The notes: a model not told the origin generated them from the sequence alone. A stretch of DNA of 64,000 bases from Patescibacteria group bacterium (GCA_028705565.1 JAQWDH010000005.1:5803-69802); one strand, 5' to 3'. Shown: positions 36,415-47,196, numbered from the stretch's first letter. Made by a program: numbers and translations.

Positions 36415-37503
36415 ATGTTAGTTCTCGGTGTTGAAAGCTCTTGCGACGATACTTCCGTGGCCCTTTTGGAATGTTCCAAACAGGGCTGTTTTGTTGTAAA
36501 CGAACTTACGGCTTCTCAAATTGAAATCCACAAAAAATACGGGGGCGTTGTTCCTGAAATTGCAGGCAGGATGCATGCGGAAAAAATCATTCCTTTGATT
36601 GAAGAAGTTTTAAAAGACGGCGCAAAACCGGACGCCATCGCCGTGACTGCCGGACCTGGACTTATGACAGGACTTATTATTGGTGTGGAAGCGGCAAAAA
36701 CTTTATCCTATGCTTTAAATGTTCCGCTGATTGCGGTGAACCATATTGAGGGACACATTCATTCTGTTGAAATTTCCAAACAAACTCCAAATTCCAATAG
36801 CCAAATTACAAAAACCGACGACAAAATTTTGCCCATTCGGAAAAGTCCAAAAATAATTTATCCGGCGTTGGCGCTTGTTGCGAGCGGAGGACACACGGAA
36901 TTGATCTTGGCAAAAAAACAAGGCCGATACAAAAAAATCGGCGCCACGCGCGATGATGCCGCCGGCGAATGTTTTGATAAAGTTGCCAAGATATTGGACC
37001 TCCCATATCCGGGCGGACCGCAAATTTCCAAGCTCGCGATTGAAGGCGACCCGAAAGCGATAAATTTTCCCAGACCGATGTTGAAAAATAAAAATTCTTC
37101 ATCTAAAAACGGACTATCTTGGGATTTCAGTTTCGCCGGATTAAAAACCGCCGCGCTTTATTGGTTGCGCGACCATAAAAAAATAAATAAAAATGACTTT
37201 TGCTCTTCTTTTGAACAGGCGATTATAGATGTGTTGGTCGGAAAAACAATGAAAGCCGTTGAAAAATTCAAACCGAAAACCATAATCTTGGCAGGCGGCG
37301 TTTCAGCAAATAAAAAACTTCGCGAAACTTTAATTAAAGAGGTAAAAAACCAAGCTCTAAAATACTCGGTCCTGCTGCCAAAATCCGAATACTGTATGGA
37401 CAACGCGGCGATGATTGCCACGGCCGGTTATCACCACGCCTTGAAAAAAGATTATGTTTTATGGCAAAATATAAAGGCGGACCCGAATTGGGAAATCGCT
37501 TAA
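36415..37503 (+). CDS. tsaD: tRNA N6-adenosine threonylcarbamoyltransferase
   Basis: LGVESSCDDTS, YGGVVPE, NHIEGH, SGGHT, TRDDAAGECFDK, CMDNAAMIA. Confidence 0.98.
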   Translation: MLVLGVESSCDDTSVALLECSKQGCFVVNELTASQIEIHKKYGGVVPEIAGRMHAEKIIPLIEEVLKDGAKPDAIAVTAGPGLMTGLIIGVEAAKTLSYALNVPLIAVNHIEGHIHSVEISKQTPNSNSQITKTDDKILPIRKSPKIIYPALALVASGGHTELILAKKQGRYKKIGATRDDAAGECFDKVAKILDLPYPGGPQISKLAIEGDPKAINFPRPMLKNKNSSSKNGLSWDFSFAGLKTAALYWLRDHKKINKNDFCSSFEQAIIDVLVGKTMKAVEKFKPKTIILAGGVSANKKLRETLIKEVKNQALKYSVLLPKSEYCMDNAAMIATAGYHHALKKDYVLWQNIKADPNWEIA

Positions 37504-37530
37504 TTTAACTAATTTATAACATATCTTTTT

Positions 37531-37998
37531 ATGACATTTTTAAAAGAACTTTGGGCTGAAAAATCAAGCGGGGAAAAAACAGGAAAAACAATTGAGGAAA
37601 ATAAAACTGCGCATGAATTATTAATTTGGAATAAATTGGAAAGAGAAATTAAAGAAATAATCAGTAACGCTGAATCGCAAAAAAATAAAGAACAATCAGA
37701 AACACTGTTTGAAGATTTAAAAAAATCAATTATATATTACGCGAATCTGGTAAAAAATACCCCGAATAATAAATTGATAGGAGTGGAGTCGCGAGAAGAA
37801 TATGAAAAAATAATAAAGGATAACGACAAAAGACGTTTAGCGCACAACGCGCTGATTGACAATCTGAATATACTTTCCCGTTTGTGCAAAAAATACGGCT
37901 ATGATAATAATTGGAGAGAAGAAATGGGAAATGATAGAGAAAGAATTACCGAATGGGCGCTGGCGATATGCGAAACAATAAAAAATAATCCCGTTTAA
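37531..37998 (+). CDS. Hypothetical helical protein (DUF3232-like)
   Basis: DKRRLAHNALIDNLNILSR motif. Confidence 0.55.
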   Translation: MTFLKELWAEKSSGEKTGKTIEENKTAHELLIWNKLEREIKEIISNAESQKNKEQSETLFEDLKKSIIYYANLVKNTPNNKLIGVESREEYEKIIKDNDKRRLAHNALIDNLNILSRLCKKYGYDNNWREEMGNDRERITEWALAICETIKNNPV

Positions 37999-40900
37999 TC
38001 CGGGATTATTTTTTTTAATTCTTCTTTAATCTCTTTTCCTTCTCCTATTGTATACGAAGTTTTAATTTTTTTGTCTCCGACTACCAAATACACTGGCTTT
38101 GAACCCTGATATTTTTTTAACACTGTTTTTATTTCGTCCGCTTTGGATTTTACAACCGAGGCCGGAATTTTAATTTCTATTCTGTCGGTGAAAACTTCAA
38201 AAAAATTTTTATCATCGCCGGTTTGCGGCTTTTGACTATTCAGTCCGAGCTGTCTCGCGATTGAAACCGCGTTTTCTTTCGTCAAAATATACGCCTTTTC
38301 AACAAAAAATTTGTCATCATTTTCTTCTTCCGATGTTTTTCCGAGCACGCACACTGTTTTGCCTTCTTGCCACACGTCTTTCGTGGTTTCATAAGTGCGA
38401 GGAAAAACCAAAAGTTCCAGCAAACCGGTTGTGTCTTCCAATGTAGCAAACATCATCGGCTTGCCGTTTCTGGTTATTTTCTTTTGAATTGAATCAATCA
38501 CTCCGCCCACCGCGACCCAGCGCCCGCGCGGTTGCGCCGGAAGGTCGTTTATTGAAGTCAAACAACCTGCCATCAATTTTTCAAAAATCGTAAAAGGGTG
38601 CGCTGTCACGAACAAACCCAACAGCTCTTTTTCCCATTTTAATTTTTCTTCCTCAACGGCTTGCGCCGCCGGTTCCAATCTTATTTTGCTTGACATATCC
38701 ATTTTCGTGCCGATAAAAAGAGAATTTTGTTTCGTGTTTTTCGCTTCCTGCGTTTGTCTGGTGAATGAAAGTAAATTTTCTATATTGGCAAGCAAAATTC
38801 CCCTGTCTTGATTAAAGCTATCCAACGCGCCGCATTTTATCAAACTTTCCAATGATTTTTTGTTTAAATCTTTGTCTTGCACGCGCGCCAAAAAATCTTC
38901 CAGATTTTTATATTCGCCTCTTTCTTTTCTTTCACGATAAATAACATCCGCGATATGTTCGCCTAAATTTTTAACGCCGTTTAACCCGAAACGAATATGC
39001 TGTTCGTTATTTTCCCATCCTACCATGGCGAAATTTTTAAAACTTTCATTGATATCCGGCGGTAAAACACGAATACCCATTTTTTCGCATTCGCGTATAA
39101 TTTCAGGCACTTTTTCTATATCCCCGCTTTCCGCTATAAGCACGGCTGTCATAAATTGCACCGGAAAATTCGCTTTCATAAACGCGGTTTGATAAGCCAC
39201 TACAGCATAACTCGCCGCGTGCGCCTTGTTAAAACCATACGCCGCGAACGGTTCAATCCTTTCCCAAAGCTGATTGATTTTAGTTTCCGACAATTTACCA
39301 AACTCTTTGCAACCTTTATAAAATTTGTCCTTTTGCTTCGCCATCACTTCAGGAATTTTTTTGCCCATGGCTTTTCTGAATTTGTCCGCTTCTTCCCAAT
39401 TATACCCAGCTAAATTTATCGCAGTAAGCAAAACATCATCCTGATATACAATTAAACCAAGCGACTGATCCAAATAATCTTGCATGCGAGAATCTAAATA
39501 TTCCACGTTTTCAAGATGATTTTTACGACGAATATAATCCGGAATTGAATCCATCGGACCGGGCCTGAAAAGCGCAACCATTGCCATAATATCAAGGATT
39601 GATTCCGGCTTAAGTTCTTTCAAATATCTCGTCATGCCTGAACCGGATAGTTGAAACACTCCAACTGTTTCTCCGCGCGCCAACATCTCATAAGTTTTTT
39701 TATCGTCCCACGGATATAAATTATAAATATCAACTTTTTTACCTGTCGTTTTTTCAACGATTTCTACAGCATGCCCCAAAATTGATAAATTGCGTATACC
39801 GAGAAAATCCATTTTTAAAACACCCGATGCTTCAACCGCGTGCATCTCGTATTGAGTGATAATTTTATCTCCTCCAACTTCGTATTGCACCGGCGTAAAG
39901 TCAGTGAGGGGGGTCGGTGAAATAACCACACCGGCCGCGTGAATGGAAGTGTGTCGCCCGCAACCCTCAATTTTTTGCGCCAAATCCAAAAGTCTCTTCA
40001 CTTGAGAATTTTTTTCATAAAGCGATTTTAACTCCGGTTCCAATTCCAACGCTCTGGCGAGTGTCATTTGAAAACCTTGCGCTCCGAAAGGAATAAGCTT
40101 GGCGACATGGTCGCAAAAAGAATAAGTATAACCAAGCGCCCGCCCGACATCGCGCACAGCTCCGCGAGCCATCATCGTGCCGAAAGTTATAATCTGCGCA
40201 ACTTTATCCGCTCCATATTTCCGCGTTACATAAGCAATCATATCGTCTCTGCGGTCATCGGCAAAATCCGCGTCAATATCCGGCGGACTTGGACGAAAAG
40301 GATTTAAAAACCTTTCAAAAGGAAGTTTGAAAAACAAAGGATTTACAGTGGTAATGCCCATCGCGTAAGCAACGAGTGAACCGGCTGCCGAACCCCTGGT
40401 AGTTTCCACGATGCCGTTCTCGCGCGCGTAATTCACATAATCCGCGACAACAATAAAATACGGAGAATATCCTTTTTTTGCGATAATTTCCAGTTCATAA
40501 TCCAATCTCTTTTTTTCTTCTTCCCCCACTTTTATCAAATCGGGCAAACGTTTATATGCCTGCTCTTTCAGATATTCATCGGCAGTAACGCCGGGCGGTA
40601 TTTCAATCGGAGGAAAATTCCATTTATTAAGCTCTATTTTTAAATCAACTCGTTCGGCGATTTTCACCGTATTTTCCATAACTTCCGGAATGTGTTTGAA
40701 CCTTTTGGCTATTTCTTCTCCTGTGGCGAGCGAGCAGTCAATTCCTGCCATCGTTTGTCTGTCCTGTTCTTCAATCGTGCGTCCGTCGCGAATGCAAGTT
40801 AAAATATCTTGAGCTTCAGAGTCTTCGGGATTCAAATAATGCGCGTCGCGCGTCACGACCAAAGGCGCTCCGGTGTCTTTAGACAATTGAACTAATTTTG

Positions 40901-41465
40901 TGTTCAATTCCATTTGCCCTTCCAAAGCCGGCAAATCCATCAGCTCCAAATAAAAATTTTCCTTTCCAAAAATGTCCTGATATTCTTTAACAGCCGATTC
41001 GGCTTTTTTTATATCGTTTTCTTTATTCAAAATCCAAGGAATTTCTCCCCGCAGGCACGCGGATAAAGCGATTATACCTTCATGATATTGCCGCAATAAT
41101 TCTTTATCCAAACGAGGCTTATAATAAAATCCTTCCAAATGCGCCAAAGAGGATAATTTCATCAAATTTTTATAACCTGTATAATCCAACGCCAATAAAA
41201 CCAAATGAAAATATTTCTGGTCATGCGCATTTTTTTCAAACCTGTTGTTCGGCGCCAAATACGCTTCCATTCCGATTATCGGTTTGATTCCTTCTTTCAG
41301 GCACTCCTGATAAAATTCAATCGCCCCATACATATTGCCGTGGTCGGTCAAAGCGAGCGCGCTAAAACCTCTCGCTTTGGCGGCTTTCACAAGTTCGGGA
41401 ATTTTTGGCAAACCATCCAACAAAGAATAGTGGCTATGAACATGAAGATGAACAAATTTTGACAT
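37995..41465 (-). CDS. dnaE: DNA polymerase III alpha subunit
   Basis: FVHLHVHSHYSLLDG PHP domain, RGSAAGS, PDIDADF, KMDFLG, YGFNKAHA; start at MSKFVH. Confidence 0.98.
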   Translation of the reverse strand: MSKFVHLHVHSHYSLLDGLPKIPELVKAAKARGFSALALTDHGNMYGAIEFYQECLKEGIKPIIGMEAYLAPNNRFEKNAHDQKYFHLVLLALDYTGYKNLMKLSSLAHLEGFYYKPRLDKELLRQYHEGIIALSACLRGEIPWILNKENDIKKAESAVKEYQDIFGKENFYLELMDLPALEGQMELNTKLVQLSKDTGAPLVVTRDAHYLNPEDSEAQDILTCIRDGRTIEEQDRQTMAGIDCSLATGEEIAKRFKHIPEVMENTVKIAERVDLKIELNKWNFPPIEIPPGVTADEYLKEQAYKRLPDLIKVGEEEKKRLDYELEIIAKKGYSPYFIVVADYVNYARENGIVETTRGSAAGSLVAYAMGITTVNPLFFKLPFERFLNPFRPSPPDIDADFADDRRDDMIAYVTRKYGADKVAQIITFGTMMARGAVRDVGRALGYTYSFCDHVAKLIPFGAQGFQMTLARALELEPELKSLYEKNSQVKRLLDLAQKIEGCGRHTSIHAAGVVISPTPLTDFTPVQYEVGGDKIITQYEMHAVEASGVLKMDFLGIRNLSILGHAVEIVEKTTGKKVDIYNLYPWDDKKTYEMLARGETVGVFQLSGSGMTRYLKELKPESILDIMAMVALFRPGPMDSIPDYIRRKNHLENVEYLDSRMQDYLDQSLGLIVYQDDVLLTAINLAGYNWEEADKFRKAMGKKIPEVMAKQKDKFYKGCKEFGKLSETKINQLWERIEPFAAYGFNKAHAASYAVVAYQTAFMKANFPVQFMTAVLIAESGDIEKVPEIIRECEKMGIRVLPPDINESFKNFAMVGWENNEQHIRFGLNGVKNLGEHIADVIYRERKERGEYKNLEDFLARVQDKDLNKKSLESLIKCGALDSFNQDRGILLANIENLLSFTRQTQEAKNTKQNSLFIGTKMDMSSKIRLEPAAQAVEEEKLKWEKELLGLFVTAHPFTIFEKLMAGCLTSINDLPAQPRGRWVAVGGVIDSIQKKITRNGKPMMFATLEDTTGLLELLVFPRTYETTKDVWQEGKTVCVLGKTSEEENDDKFFVEKAYILTKENAVSIARQLGLNSQKPQTGDDKNFFEVFTDRIEIKIPASVVKSKADEIKTVLKKYQGSKPVYLVVGDKKIKTSYTIGEGKEIKEELKKIIPD

Positions 41466-41527
41466 ATTGTCGTTATAACTCATTAAAAGGCAATGTATTT
41501 TAACCTAAAATAACAAAAAAAAGCAAA

Positions 41528-41558
41528 CAAAAATCCCGACTGTATGTCGGGATTTTTG
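41528..41558 (-). terminator. Intrinsic terminator
   Basis: CAAAAATCCCGAC/GTCGGGATTTTTG 13-bp stem. Confidence 0.8.
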
Positions 41559-41568
41559 CTTTAATTTT

Positions 41569-41952
41569 CTATTTCGCGGAATCTGTTATCTTCTTTATTT
41601 TCTTTGCCGCGGATTCAACCGCTTTATTCACTGCTTCCTTGGCGGTTTTATTCGCGCTTTCCGCGCCTCTGTCCAGCCACTCCTCGGCTTTGCGCGAAAC
41701 CACTTTCTTTACCAGTCCGGTCGCGCCCTCAGCCGCGAATGTCATTAAATTTGATATTTGTTCAACTCTGTTTTTCACATGATTGATTGATTCAGTGAGA
41801 GACTGCAAACGCACCCTGAATTCTTCAGCGATTTTGCTGGCATTTTTTAAAATTCTAATCGCGTAAAAAAACATCCAACATAAAAATACGGTCACCCATA
41901 AAATACAAAAAGAAATAACTATATATAAAATGTCTTTTGAAGTGAATAGCAT
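41569..41952 (-). CDS. Hypothetical single-TM coiled-coil protein (DUF948-like)
   Basis: AGGAGG RBS, N-terminal TM then helical region. Confidence 0.7.
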   Translation of the reverse strand: MLFTSKDILYIVISFCILWVTVFLCWMFFYAIRILKNASKIAEEFRVRLQSLTESINHVKNRVEQISNLMTFAAEGATGLVKKVVSRKAEEWLDRGAESANKTAKEAVNKAVESAAKKIKKITDSAK

Positions 41953-42042
41953 GTTTTTCCTCCTACTTTCAATCTCGACTGAATGCCGAAATTGAAATTA
42001 ATTAATAAGCGAGCTTATTTATTTTTGTTATTGGTCACTTGT

Positions 42043-42098
42043 CATTGGACATTGGACATTGGACATTGGACATTGGACATTGGACATTGGACATTGGA
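42043..42098. repeat. Heptamer microsatellite (CATTGGA)x8
   Basis: Eight perfect copies, preceded by two degenerate units. Confidence 0.95.
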
Positions 42099-42146
42099 AT
42101 TTATACGGAAGTATTATATCACTTTTAACGAAAATACTGAAATTTT

Positions 42147-44606
42147 TTAACGCCTGACTTCCGCCCCAAATGTTTCTTCCAAAATTCGCGATGCTTTATT
42201 ACGCGCTTCGTCAACTTCTCCGGCTGTTAATGTTTTGGAAATATCTCCAAAAACAAATCTGTAGGCCATACTTTTGTATCCTTGTCCTATCTTTTCCCCT
42301 TCATAAACATCAAACAATTTTATTTCTTTTAACAAATGAACATTGCCTGAAATCGCGGAAAAAATTTCAGCGTGCGATATTTCTTTTTTTACGATAAACG
42401 CTATGTCTCTTACTGCTTCCGGATATTCGGAGATCGTTGAATAGGTTTTTGCCTTAATGCCTTTTTCCGACAATTTATTAAGATTCAACTCCAAAACACC
42501 GATTCTCACTTCCAAACCGAATTTTTCTCCGGTCAAAGGATTAATTTCATAAACGCATCCAATTTCTTCTCCGTCTTTTTTAACAACGGCCGCGCGTTCC
42601 GGATGTTGCCACTTCTTCGGAGATGGCTCCGCGGAAATTTCAAAATCGCAACCAAGACAATCATCAATGGTTTCCAACGCTTTTCTCGCTTGCGTAAACG
42701 GCATTTTGTCTTTTTTGGAAGCGTAAACCAAAGTTAACCATGTGTCCTGCCTTGGTAAAAGCTCATCGTCTTTTGCCGAAGTTCTGGCTCCCGGTTCTTC
42801 CATAAGATAAGTTTTGCCGGTTTCAAATAATCTTATCTCGTCGCAATATTCAATGTTTTTTTTCAAATTCCCCAACAAATTTATTACCAAATTTCTGCGT
42901 ACGAACGGACGATCTTTGGAAAGCGGGCTGTCTAATTCTATATATTTTTCCACTTCATCTTCAATTTCTTCAATATCACGCAAACTCACAAACGAATAAT
43001 TATACGCTTCAGTAAAATTAAGCCGACCGACCAATGTATTTTTAATTTCTCGTTCCAATTTTCCGATTCCGCTAATTTCCGGCGGAATGATTGAAAAAAA
43101 CGGAGACTGCGAAGGCGCTCTGTGATAACCGTAAATTCTCAAAACCTCTTCAACCAAATCTTCCGCCACCGAAATGTCTTTTGTCGCTCTCCAAGTTGGA
43201 ATTTTAACTGAAAGAATGTCTTTATTTGTTTTTACTTCAAACCCCAGTCTCTGCAAAATATCAATTATAATTTTTGCAGGAATTTCAACTCCAATTTTTT
43301 TGCCGAAAACATCTAGAGGAATTTTAATCGGCCCGACTGGCAATATAAAATCCGACACATCTTCAACCGCGCTCGCCACTTTCGCGCCCGGGCACAAATC
43401 AAGCGCAAGCTCAACAGCGCGTCGTAAAGCCGTTTCGCATAAATTCGGGTCCAAACTTTTTTCAAATCTCATTGAAGCGTCAGTGCGTAAACCGAGTTTA
43501 ACGGAAGTTTTGCGAATCACTGACGCGTCAAAATTCGCTGATTCAAAAACAACTGTTTCCGTTGTTTCGTTCACTTCGCTGTTTTTGCCTCCCATCACAC
43601 CGGCCAAAGCCAATGGTTTGTTTTCGTCCGCGATTACAAGCATGCTTGAATAAATTTTGTGTTCATTGCCATCTATCATTTTTAAAACCTCTTCGTCTTT
43701 CGCTCGTCTCACTATTATTTTCAGTCGTCCACCGTCAATCAATTTTTTCGCGTCAAACGCGTGCATCGGTTGTCCCAAATCCAACATCACATAATTTGTA
43801 ATATCCACTATATTGTTAATCGGACGCATACCGACGGAAATTAAACTTTTTTTCAGCCAATCAGGCGACTCCACGATTTTTACTCCGGAAATAGCCACTG
43901 CCATATAACGCGGACATAATTTTTGGTCTTCAACTTTAATTTCCAATTTTATATCCTTGCCTTTTATAATTTTCGGCGCGGCGTAAGGAACTAATTTTTT
44001 TTCAAACAAAACAGCGACTTCGCGCGCGATTCCGTAATGCCCCCATAAATCAGGTCTGTGCGAAAGCGACTTGTTGTCAATTTCCAAAATCGCGTCATCT
44101 AAATTCAAAGCTTTCGCCAACGGCAATCCAATGAAAGAATTTTTATCTTTCCGCAAAAAACTCAAATCCAAAATTTCTTTTTCCTCCTTCGGAGGGAACA
44201 TTTCTCCCAATCCGATTTCAATGGAAGAGCAAATCATACCGCGCGATTCAACGCCGCGAATCTTAGTCGGTTGCAGCTCAATCAAGTCCCCTTCCCCGTG
44301 CCAACGCACATTCGCGCCGATTTTTGCCAAAGCCACCAACATACCTTCGGACAAATTAGACCCACCGCATACAACAGTTATTTTTTCATTACTTACATCA
44401 ACTTCACAAACTTTCAACTTATCCGCGTTCGGATGTTTTTCAACTTTAATTATTTTTCCAACCGCGATATTTTCCAAATCCTTCGCTTTATTTTCTATTT
44501 TTTCAACCTCAACGGTGCTCATTTTCAATTTTTCGGCTATTTCTTCCGGAGTTATGGAATCCGGCAAGTCCGCGTATTTTTTTAACCAAGATAAAGATAT
44601 CAACAT
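42147..44606 (-). CDS. pheT: Phenylalanine--tRNA ligase beta subunit
   Basis: MLISLSWL, KHPNADKL, IRGVESRGMICS, INNIVDITNYV, RFEK, DLVEEVLRIYGY, RDIAF. Confidence 0.98.
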   Translation of the reverse strand: MLISLSWLKKYADLPDSITPEEIAEKLKMSTVEVEKIENKAKDLENIAVGKIIKVEKHPNADKLKVCEVDVSNEKITVVCGGSNLSEGMLVALAKIGANVRWHGEGDLIELQPTKIRGVESRGMICSSIEIGLGEMFPPKEEKEILDLSFLRKDKNSFIGLPLAKALNLDDAILEIDNKSLSHRPDLWGHYGIAREVAVLFEKKLVPYAAPKIIKGKDIKLEIKVEDQKLCPRYMAVAISGVKIVESPDWLKKSLISVGMRPINNIVDITNYVMLDLGQPMHAFDAKKLIDGGRLKIIVRRAKDEEVLKMIDGNEHKIYSSMLVIADENKPLALAGVMGGKNSEVNETTETVVFESANFDASVIRKTSVKLGLRTDASMRFEKSLDPNLCETALRRAVELALDLCPGAKVASAVEDVSDFILPVGPIKIPLDVFGKKIGVEIPAKIIIDILQRLGFEVKTNKDILSVKIPTWRATKDISVAEDLVEEVLRIYGYHRAPSQSPFFSIIPPEISGIGKLEREIKNTLVGRLNFTEAYNYSFVSLRDIEEIEDEVEKYIELDSPLSKDRPFVRRNLVINLLGNLKKNIEYCDEIRLFETGKTYLMEEPGARTSAKDDELLPRQDTWLTLVYASKKDKMPFTQARKALETIDDCLGCDFEISAEPSPKKWQHPERAAVVKKDGEEIGCVYEINPLTGEKFGLEVRIGVLELNLNKLSEKGIKAKTYSTISEYPEAVRDIAFIVKKEISHAEIFSAISGNVHLLKEIKLFDVYEGEKIGQGYKSMAYRFVFGDISKTLTAGEVDEARNKASRILEETFGAEVRR

Positions 44607-44609
44607 ATG

Positions 44610-45641
44610 TTAAAATTGTTTCAAAAATCTTATGTCTCCGCTTTCCAACAAACGAATGTCATCTATGCCGTATTTAAGCATTGCCAAACGAGTGAGTCCG
44701 AAACCGAAAGCGAATCCCTGATATTTTTTCGAGTCAACATCGCCCTCGCGCAATACATTCGGATGAATCATGCCGGCGCCCAAAATTTCCAGCCATCCTG
44801 TTTCTTTGCACAATCGGCACCCTTTGCCTTTGCACAAAAAGCAAGTTACTTCGCCATTCACGCCCGGTTCAACAAAAGGATAAAACTTTGGCCTCAACCG
44901 AACTTCTGTGTCTTTTCCATATAAATGTTTGGCGACTATTTCCAAAACGCCTTTCATATGTCCGAAGTTTATATTTTCATCAATTACAACACCTTCCAGC
45001 TGATAAAATGTGTGCTCGTGCCGCACGTCGGTTGCCTCATTGCGAAAACATTTCCCCGGCGATATCATGCGCAAAGGCGCGCCGTATTTTTGCATCGCGC
45101 GAACTTGCACCGAGGATGTCTGCGTGCGCATAAGCCAATTCGGATGATTTTTAATATAAAAAGAATCCTGCGAATCGCGAGCCGGATGGTCAACCGGTAT
45201 GTTGACGGCCGTAAAATTATAATATTCGCTTTCAAGCTCCGGACCGTCCAAAATCAAAAAACCCATTGAAGAAAATAAATCTTCCAGGTCGCGCTGAACA
45301 ATCGTATTCGGATGAAAATGCCCTCTCTCAAACGGAGGCAGGGATGGAGCCGTAATGTCAATTTTTTCTTTTGCCAAAGATTTTTGCCAATCAGATTCCG
45401 ACAATTCGCGTTTTTTTTGTTCCAACGCGGACTCTATTTCCTTTTTCACTTCATTGGCAATTTGTCCGACGGCTTTTTTAGCTTCCGCGTTCATATCTTT
45501 AAGTTCCTTCATCAAATCGGTAAGCTCTCCGCTTTTGCGTCCCAAAATTTTATTTTCCAAACTTTCCAAATCAATTTTGTCTTTAACAGCCTTCAACGCC
45601 ATTATCGCCTCTTCTTTAAGTTTTTTAAATTTTGATTCCAT
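44610..45641 (-). CDS. pheS: Phenylalanine--tRNA ligase alpha subunit
   Basis: HPARDSQDSFY, MRTQTSSVQ, FYQLEG, YPFVEP, WLEILGAGMIHP, GFAFGFG. Confidence 0.98.
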   Translation of the reverse strand: MESKFKKLKEEAIMALKAVKDKIDLESLENKILGRKSGELTDLMKELKDMNAEAKKAVGQIANEVKKEIESALEQKKRELSESDWQKSLAKEKIDITAPSLPPFERGHFHPNTIVQRDLEDLFSSMGFLILDGPELESEYYNFTAVNIPVDHPARDSQDSFYIKNHPNWLMRTQTSSVQVRAMQKYGAPLRMISPGKCFRNEATDVRHEHTFYQLEGVVIDENINFGHMKGVLEIVAKHLYGKDTEVRLRPKFYPFVEPGVNGEVTCFLCKGKGCRLCKETGWLEILGAGMIHPNVLREGDVDSKKYQGFAFGFGLTRLAMLKYGIDDIRLLESGDIRFLKQF

Positions 45642-45653
45642 ATTTTTATGGTA

Positions 45654-45748
45654 TGTAACGAATTACGAAAATAAAATATATGACGAACTACGAAAGGTAC
45701 GAAAATACGAAATGAGAGTGAGAATATGTAACGAACTGCGGAAGGTAT
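45654..45748. repeat. TACGAA-core repeat array, orphan copy of the GxxExxY flank
   Basis: 45683-45712 ACGAACTACGAAAGGTACGAAAATACGAAA is identical to 47770-47799. Confidence 0.9.
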
Positions 45749-45761
45749 AAAAAATTATTTT

Positions 45762-47060
45762 TTAAAATATCCTTCCTAAAAATCCAATGATTGTTGATTT
45801 GAACACGCTTACGTCTCTCACTGTGATAAAAATCGCGAACGCCATTATCAAAGCGAATCCTACAGTATGCACCCATTGTTCAACTCTTGTGGAAACCGGC
45901 CGTCTGGTTATTTTATTTATAAACAGGAAAAACAATCGTCCGCCGTCTAAAGATGGAAAAGGCAAAATGTTAAAAATCGCGAGGTTTAAAGAAAGAAGCG
46001 CGGCAAACTGCATTAAATAAGCGAAGCCGAGTCGCGCGAACCTGCCTGTCATTACAGCTATTCCGACAGGTCCGGAAACCGCGCCCCCAACGCCGGCGCC
46101 CGTTATTAATCCTTTAATAAGAAAATAAAAAGCTAAAAATATTTCTTTCAAATAAATAAACGCTTCAATAAACCCGTGGTAAAAAGCTTCGTACCAAGGG
46201 TAACTCACAATGCCGGTTTCGGCGATTGACACGCCCAAACCGCCCTTTCCGCTGTCTTGATAAACCATCGGATGAATTTTTTTCTCAAATGTTTCATTAC
46301 CGCGTTTTACGCTCACGGCTAATTCCTTATCTTTGTTTTCATTTACATAATTTTGTATTTCTTTAAGTCGCGGGTTTTCCAAAACGTCAATTTTTATTAT
46401 CGCGTCACCGGCCATAAGTTCGGATTTTTCAGCCGGAGAATCGGCTATGACTTGCATTATCTCAACCCGCCAATCGCGCACTTTGCTCACATCATTCAAA
46501 TTTTCCGTCGTCTGCGGCAAACCGAACATAAAACCGATTGAAAGCAAAATTATCGCGACAAAAATATTCATTATCACGCCGGCTGACATAAATATGGCGC
46601 GACGCCACGGAGCCTTGTTCGCCAAACTGTCCGCTTCTTCAGAGTTATCGCCTGTTTCTCCTTTTATTTTTACAAAACCGCCAAGAGGAATAAAATTCAA
46701 CGAATAAACCGTGCCACCGCCCTCAATCGGCTCTATTTCTTTATTGCCAAAAATAAAACGATATTTTTTAATCGGCGCGACAATATCAATTTCTTTTTTT
46801 ACATCTGTAATCGTTTCTTGTATTATCTCTCGCCCGTCTTGCGATTTAATATCAGATGTTTGAACACTAATCGTTTCTTTTTCCGCGATTTTTTCCAATT
46901 TATTTCCGCGCAAAATTTGCACGCCGAAAATTCTCGGAGGAAATCCGAAACCGAATTCATCCACTCTTACTCCATTTTTACGCGCGGCGATAAAATGCCC
47001 GTATTCGTGCGAGATAACAAGCAAGGCGAGAATTGCGATAAAAGTGATGATTGTAAACAT
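45762..47060 (-). CDS. rseP: RIP metalloprotease RseP (site-2 protease, PDZ)
   Basis: HEYGH, EFGFGF, IPLGGFVKI, AGVIMN, SGPVGI, NILPFPSLDGG. Confidence 0.95.
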   Translation of the reverse strand: MFTIITFIAILALLVISHEYGHFIAARKNGVRVDEFGFGFPPRIFGVQILRGNKLEKIAEKETISVQTSDIKSQDGREIIQETITDVKKEIDIVAPIKKYRFIFGNKEIEPIEGGGTVYSLNFIPLGGFVKIKGETGDNSEEADSLANKAPWRRAIFMSAGVIMNIFVAIILLSIGFMFGLPQTTENLNDVSKVRDWRVEIMQVIADSPAEKSELMAGDAIIKIDVLENPRLKEIQNYVNENKDKELAVSVKRGNETFEKKIHPMVYQDSGKGGLGVSIAETGIVSYPWYEAFYHGFIEAFIYLKEIFLAFYFLIKGLITGAGVGGAVSGPVGIAVMTGRFARLGFAYLMQFAALLSLNLAIFNILPFPSLDGGRLFFLFINKITRRPVSTRVEQWVHTVGFALIMAFAIFITVRDVSVFKSTIIGFLGRIF

Positions 47061-47196
47061 AATTCAATAAAAATTATAATTCGCGCGATAACCTTGTCTT
47101 TTCTCCATTATTTGTTCTATAATAACACAACAAACCCGATATAATCTCCAAAGATATTTATCGGACAAACTTTAATTCTTAAATCATATCAATTAT

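Noticed and set aside
45642-45761. T-box riboswitch upstream of pheS
   Set aside because: No T-box consensus or terminator; region is explained by TACGAA repeats
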